Positions 55,201 to 64,000 of a stretch of 64,000 bases of DNA are shown one piece after another (position 1 is the stretch's first letter; each line of letters opens with the position of its first letter). The stretch lies in assembly GCF_009914755.1 (NCBI RefSeq), contig NC_060937.1; one strand, given 5' to 3'. This stretch comes from the human T2T-CHM13v2.0 reference genome, Homo sapiens. The notes under the pieces are model-generated. The model was not told the origin of the DNA. It made no database searches and was given only the letters and a program-made list of their open reading frames with translations. Made by a program: the position numbers and the translations under genes.

Positions 55201-58200
55201 TCAGTTTGCAAATTATCTAGTGGATCTTTGTAACAAGACTTGTAGCCTCTGGAGACTATGAACTCATTGTAATATCATGCTTACTGCCGCCAGCATGTAA
55301 CTAACCTTAAACTTGCCCTATACTGTCTAAGATTGGACATAGACTGTGGATTCAACAAACCTGGATACTCAAGCCAAGTGCAGATTTTTTAAAAGTAAAA
55401 ATTTCCTTGGTTTTGCATGATCCAGAGTAGCTATTTGTGCCAAATTATTTCTAAGCCCCTGCTTTTTAACATATAGGTTACAGGATCGTGAAAACATTTC
55501 TTGAGCATCACTTTGCTTTCTTTCTGGCCTATTTGCAATCTACATGTAGTTTGCAACTTACTTGTAAAACATAATAAGGTCTTGAAGTTAGTGCCCCACT
55601 TTCCTGGGGGTAGCACTTCCATGTCCAACTATCTTGTCTAGTGAGGTTCCCAGGCTTCCTGGACAGCTAGGTTAACAGCTCTATAAATTGAAGTTCTGGC
55701 AAAGACCCAGTGATCTTTGTTTCTTTTGAGCTAGGGAAAATGTTTTCTTAAAATGACTAGGTTAGGCTGAACTAAGCCTACAGGAGCAGGAATTCAAATT
55801 AAACAAAAGTTAGATTTCATGGTTTTTTTCCCTTTTTAAACTATGCATACAGCCCAAATAAAATTGAACATCAATGAACAACTTGAAGAGGCCAAAGAAG
55901 AAATATATAGGCTCAGATATTTGTGGCTGGACACATTGTATAGTCTACAAGAACTGTAGGCACTCTCACGCCATCCTTTTGACATAATACTTCAACGGAT
56001 TTCCTCTGTATATTCCATAAATCTTCATCTTCTGGCCAACATTTCTAAAATAATGAAATCATATTCAGAGAAAGAGATGATTAACTGCAGTGCAAAGTAG
56101 ACATGAGGTGATGTTTCTTTAATGTTAACTCATTTAGCAGCAAGACAAAAGGCTTTCTGAAATAAATGCGAGTAGTATGCCATCTTTCCGGTATAACTTT
56201 AAGCTCTCACATCATTTAAAAGCCTATCAAGTGTCAGGTCCACTCTCATATTAAATAGTCAATCCTTGTAACTATTTAATCCTAATTGAACTGGGTACTT
56301 TTGCAATTTTAAAACTGGGTGCTTATTAACAGTATCTTTATTAGCAGTATTTACTTGCATTTCTCTGGAGACATCTAGTGGAGAAAGTATAGTATACAAT
56401 GTTTCTAGAAGCACAGATACCATATTTTGATTAAATTAATAATCAATATAAAACTTACATAAAAATCTTAGGCATTTTACCTGTGTTTCAAAATGCCAGT
56501 CAACTGAAGATTCATGATGCACTCTTACATAAAATATTCTACAGCCAATACATATTGGCCACAATAAGCGATGCCAAATCTGGATAAAAGTTGAAAAATC
56601 TAGTCCCGTTTTTTTGTGTATGTGGCCGAGACATGAATAGCTTCATTTTTTTTTAATCTGGGTTTCTGTGGTTTTTTTCTACACTGACATAAAAGAGTGA
56701 CATGTGGTTAGAAATTATGACTGAATTTTTCTACTTCAAACAAATGATTGGAAATAATCACTTCTGCAGTCTGATTTCATTCTTTGGTTCCTTCTCACAT
56801 TTATACACCCCTTACTTCTGACCCCCTGATACTGTTGACATGGCTTGCATCTTCTCTCTCATTTGGTTCTGGATGATTTTGTTTGAGATGTAATTAAGAC
56901 CCTACTCATCATCTGTCTCCTGCCCACAAATAACTTTTAATATTCTTCCAGATTAGACTGTAAGATGAAGGGATGGATAATTGCTGCAATTAAAAGAACT
57001 CTGTAGCCATCTATCTTTCATAGTGCTAAAATTTCAACATCCCATCTGGAGCATTTGGTCTGCTGAAAGAATGGACTAAATTATGGTAACTCCATAATTT
57101 GTAATCAACCATTTATCACTTTCCTTGGATCCTTTCCCTCTGAAATAGAAATACTCTCAGGTCCCATGCTTAGACCTGCATTTCTCCACTGATATATCCT
57201 CTCTGCTGATTTGTCTATGTCCGACACTGTCCTCAAAATCCCTTTGTCTATTTCCAGTGTTTTTAGTACAGGGTCTATATATGCTTCCTCTCTACGTCTG
57301 AAAAGCTTTTCAGATTTCTTCCTAGGAAAAGTGCCAACCAAAGTTGAGTTATTCCTCATTTTTCAATCATAATCTTCCAGCTATTCTCAGACACATTGAA
57401 TATATTTTGATCTAAAATAACTTTTGTTGCTCCACTTCACCAGATAATGATATTATGTGATGAATTTCCAATTGCAGAAATCGAATAGTTACAAAATTTC
57501 TTCTTCTTGTTATCCCCATATTTCTTCTTCTTGTTCTCTCCATATATCATGAGGGTTTCTGCTTTCCTCTCTAAGAGGCATGCATCTGATGAAGGTTTTT
57601 ATTCACTTCTGTTGTCCTATATGCAAAACAATCTTGGGATACTCTGTTAGTGCTGTGGGGAAAAATGGAAAAGACCTGCTCTTCTTTTTATGCTAACAAA
57701 TGTGCAACACTCTTTATATCTTTATTATTGTTCCCAAGGACACATACTTGTAGAGAAAGTGGAATTAGATAAGTTAAAGTGGAATTATATGAGTTACAGG
57801 ATTTCAGGCCATGTGGGACCTGAACAGGGGTTTGGATGTCATAGCTTCTCAGTACATAATGAACAACAAAAAGAGTGATATCATTAGAGAAAGTTAAAGG
57901 GTAGAGGTTGGGGTGGCGGGTGGAAAAGAAACTATTTCATTGGACACAGAAACTAATTCTTTGTTTCTTTTTCAGAAAAAAAGGTCTGTGGTAATGATGG
58001 AAGCTTTGGGCTTTAAATGGAAAAAGAATCTTTGATTTTTCCAGTCTGCTTTTAGGTTTCATAGGAACACATGCACCCAGAAGTGCATTTTTACCTTTAG
58101 CAAATTATTTTCACTTTAAGTAAAACAAACACAAGTATGCAGGCGTTAGGTGAATAAAAACAAGAGCAGCATATTCATTATAATGGCTTAAATGCATACT

Positions 58201-58606
58201 AGCACTGTTTGAAATTCATATACAAAGTACAGTGTGCGAAGGAAATCATTTGCTTGGATGTGAGTTGATAGTTCCGCTAAAATGAGAAACTGACTTCATA
58301 TCCAAACAGTATAAAACCATAGAGGTGGTGAATTAATAATTCTTCAGCAAGATAGATTATTTGGGGAACCTCAATTTAGAAACAGATTTGTCAATTTTTC
58401 AGTTGCATTTAAACATCTATCAAGATGTGTTTTCACCATGTGGCAGATAATCTTTTATAGTTTTTTTTTCCTCTACCCTTACAAGATTATTACACAGGGG
58501 GTAATTGAGATGAATAAATCATTTGCCCAAGTTGACCCACATTTTACACATGTCAGCTTTGACAAAGCAGAAAGGAAGGTAGGGAAACTCAGTTAATTTC
58601 CCTGGA

Positions 58607-59165
58607 TGTTCCAGTTATCTATTGCTACCTGATACATCACTCCAAACTTAGTGCCATAAAGTAGCAACCAACTTGATACGCTTCAAGTATCAGTTGATCA
58701 AAGATTCAGATAGTGCCGAATGGGAATAACTTGCAAGTTAGCCATACCATTCCACGATGTCTGTGGCTTAAGCTGGGAAGACTGGAATAGCTGGGGTGAT
58801 TTCAATAACTGCCAGTGGTCAATTAGGACCCCTTGCAGTGCAAGATCCACTGCCAAGATGGCTTATTCAGTCACGTGTCCCCAGATTGACAAGGATGTTT
58901 GAAAGGCTGAGCTCTACTGGGATTCTCAGCCAGAGCACCTACATGTGGCTTCTTCAACACAGTGGCCTCAGAGGAGTTAGACATATGACAGCTCAGTGAT
59001 CCAGCAAACAAAGCAGAATATGCATGGTCTTTTATGAGCTGATGTCAGAGTACCCACGGCCATCATCTTCTGCCACATATGCTAATGGTTGAAGCCACCA
59101 AAAATGAACGCAAAAAGGTGAAGAGAGCATATAGACTCTCACTTGATGACAGGAGACTCAAAATA
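58607..59165. mobile_element. MLT1-type MaLR solo LTR
   Basis: tgttccagttatctattgct...ccaaacttagtg...agcacctacatgtggc resembles recalled MLT1 LTRs. Confidence 0.6.
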
Positions 59166-59176
59166 TTTGTGTCCCA

Positions 59177-61914
<2,738 letters not shown>

Positions 61915-63752
61915 TTGTGTCCATTGGGAAATGGTGTTCAAACCCCAAGACTCCTGGTAGACCTAGAAATGCTTACAGAGTTCTCTAACCTGTGGTTAAA
62001 CTAGATCATGTATGTGAAAGTACTGTGAAATATGCCAACTGCTATACATCAAATGGTTACCTTATTTATATTTTATTTTTAGAAAATCATCAGAAAATCA
62101 CCCTGCTGATGGTGTTCCATCTTTCTGTATTCCTGGATTACATTTCCCTTTGGGATTTTGTGTTCAATTAAATACAGGGTAAAATATCTATCTACCAAGG
62201 CAGGACATTCTTTGAGCTCTTAGAGAAGAAAGGACTTTTAGTAATAAAGAAAATTTAGAAAATATTAGAAAATAATTTAGAAAAACTGGATGATTTTAGC
62301 ATTTAGTAATATGAAGTATCACATTGCAGATTTAAATGTCTGACCTCTAGTGGTTGCAACTTCTTTTTGCAACTGTGAACTCAAAATATTGTGATTGATA
62401 ATGTTTAAGTTAATTGTCAGTTAAACTATTTAAGAAAAGGGATAAGTAATATTTATAAACGCCACTTACCATTTGTGTGCTTTCCATTCCTTCTAGTAGA
62501 TCCAGATTTCTTGGTATCATTTTGCTCAGCTTGAAGAATTTCCTTTTGCATTTCTTACAAAGAGAGTTTCTAGTGACACATTTTCTCAGCTTTTACTTAT
62601 TTTTGTTTCATCTAATTTTTAGAAGAATATTTTCTATTCAAGAAAATTCTAGGTTGACTTTTTCTTGTTGGCAGTTATTATAAGTTTTTTTCTTTTATTT
62701 TCTGGATTGCAATGTTTCTGATAAAAGTTGACTCTCTTGTCATTTTCCTCTGAATACAGTGTATCTTTATTCCTATGGATTTCTTTTCCATCTCTGGTTT
62801 GGGCAGTTTGTCTGTGGTGTGCTGAGATATGGATCTCTTCATATTTATCTTGATTGGGACTTGTGGAGATTCTTGGAACTATTACATAAACTGATGTCAT
62901 GAAAATTACAAATACATTTCCCTGGCTTCAAACCTTGGGGCTTTTGTACTCTGTAATTTCTCAGAGAAAAATAATAGTGATACTACAATGGCATTTACAG
63001 GCTTTTCAAGGCCCTGACAGGGTGTGTACAGGTCAAGGAATTTACAGAGATGTGACTTTTTCTTGTGAAATGGGTATTCATGTAAAAGCGGCTGGAGATT
63101 GTTTTTTAAGTTTCAGGTGATTTAAAACCAGAGCCAGTTGTGAAAGCAATTTGAGGGACTAAACTAAGAGTCGACTTTCAATTTGAATATCAACCACACT
63201 CAAAAAGACATAGGGACCCAGTTTTCTTTGTTTTGATCTAAATCGCCATGGGGAAAAAAAAAAGGAAAAGAACTTCATTCCCTGGTCTTACAAAAACCAA
63301 AACTAGAGCACTCACTTTAAGTCTGAGGGCTGGGAAAATTAACCATGACACCAAGTATACTAATTTAATTTGTCCATGTCCATGCCCTGATGTGGAACTC
63401 AAAAAGGCCATTGACAATCAGAAAAATCAAACAGCCTAAACTAGAGAAAATTTGATATGAAAAGATGGAGTAAATAATTAATTACATAGGAATTATCACT
63501 AATAAATTCTGTTGTGTACATGTCAGTGGCTCTTCCAACATCTATAATAACTACTGATAAGTAAAAGAGTCAACCTAGAATTTTTCTTGAATAGAAAAGA
63601 TTCTTCTAAAAATTAGATGAAGCAAAAATAAATAAAAACTGAGAGAATGCATCATTAGTGACTAACGGAAATTCTTCAGACTCAGCAAAATGACAACAGG
63701 AAATCTGGACTTACTAGTAAGAGTGGAAAGCACAGAAATGGTAAATAGTAGG

Positions 63753-64000
63753 TTTTTTTGTTTTTTATTTTGTTTGTTTTTTGTTTTTTGAGATGGAGTC
63801 TTGCTCTGTCGCCCAGGCTGGAGTGCAGTGGTGCAATCTTGGCTCACTGCAACCTCTGCCTCCTGTGTTCAAGCAATTCCCCTGCCTCAGCCTCCTGAGT
63901 AGCTGGGACTATAGGCACGCGTCACAACACCTGGCTAATTTTTTTGTATTTTAGTAGAGACGGGGTTTCACCATGTTGGCCAGGATGGTCTTGATCTCCT
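63753..64000 (-). mobile_element. Alu running off the window edge
   Basis: T-rich tail followed by reverse Alu consensus. Confidence 0.9.

Overview
Human-type genomic DNA containing the complete periostin gene (POSTN) on the minus strand. I traced all 23 coding exons by hand, with GT/AG boundaries at every intron. They sum to 2511 nt (836 aa plus stop): signal peptide, EMI domain, four FAS1 domains and a C-terminal tail built from symmetric phase-1 exons 17-22. The TATA promoter is near 52190 and the 3' UTR ends near 15965. Bases 1-15950 are mostly transposon-derived: a full THE1 element, old L1s, a twin-primed 5'-inverted L1 with an intact target-site duplication (TSD), nested Alus and a 3'-deleted HERV-K(HML-6)-like provirus. 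An MLT1 LTR and an L1PA lie upstream of the gene. I found no new protein-coding system. The best leads are hypotheses about splicing of the POSTN tail: (1) a stem-loop burying the exon 21 donor with a QKI-type ACUAAC in its 3' arm; (2) a multi-hairpin element with a candidate 3-nt microexon in intron 17; (3) a candidate 19-nt frameshifting exon in intron 21 whose stop would fall in the last exon. Three local duplications or inversions are also reported. Repeat subfamily names are from recall of consensus sequences, not a database search.
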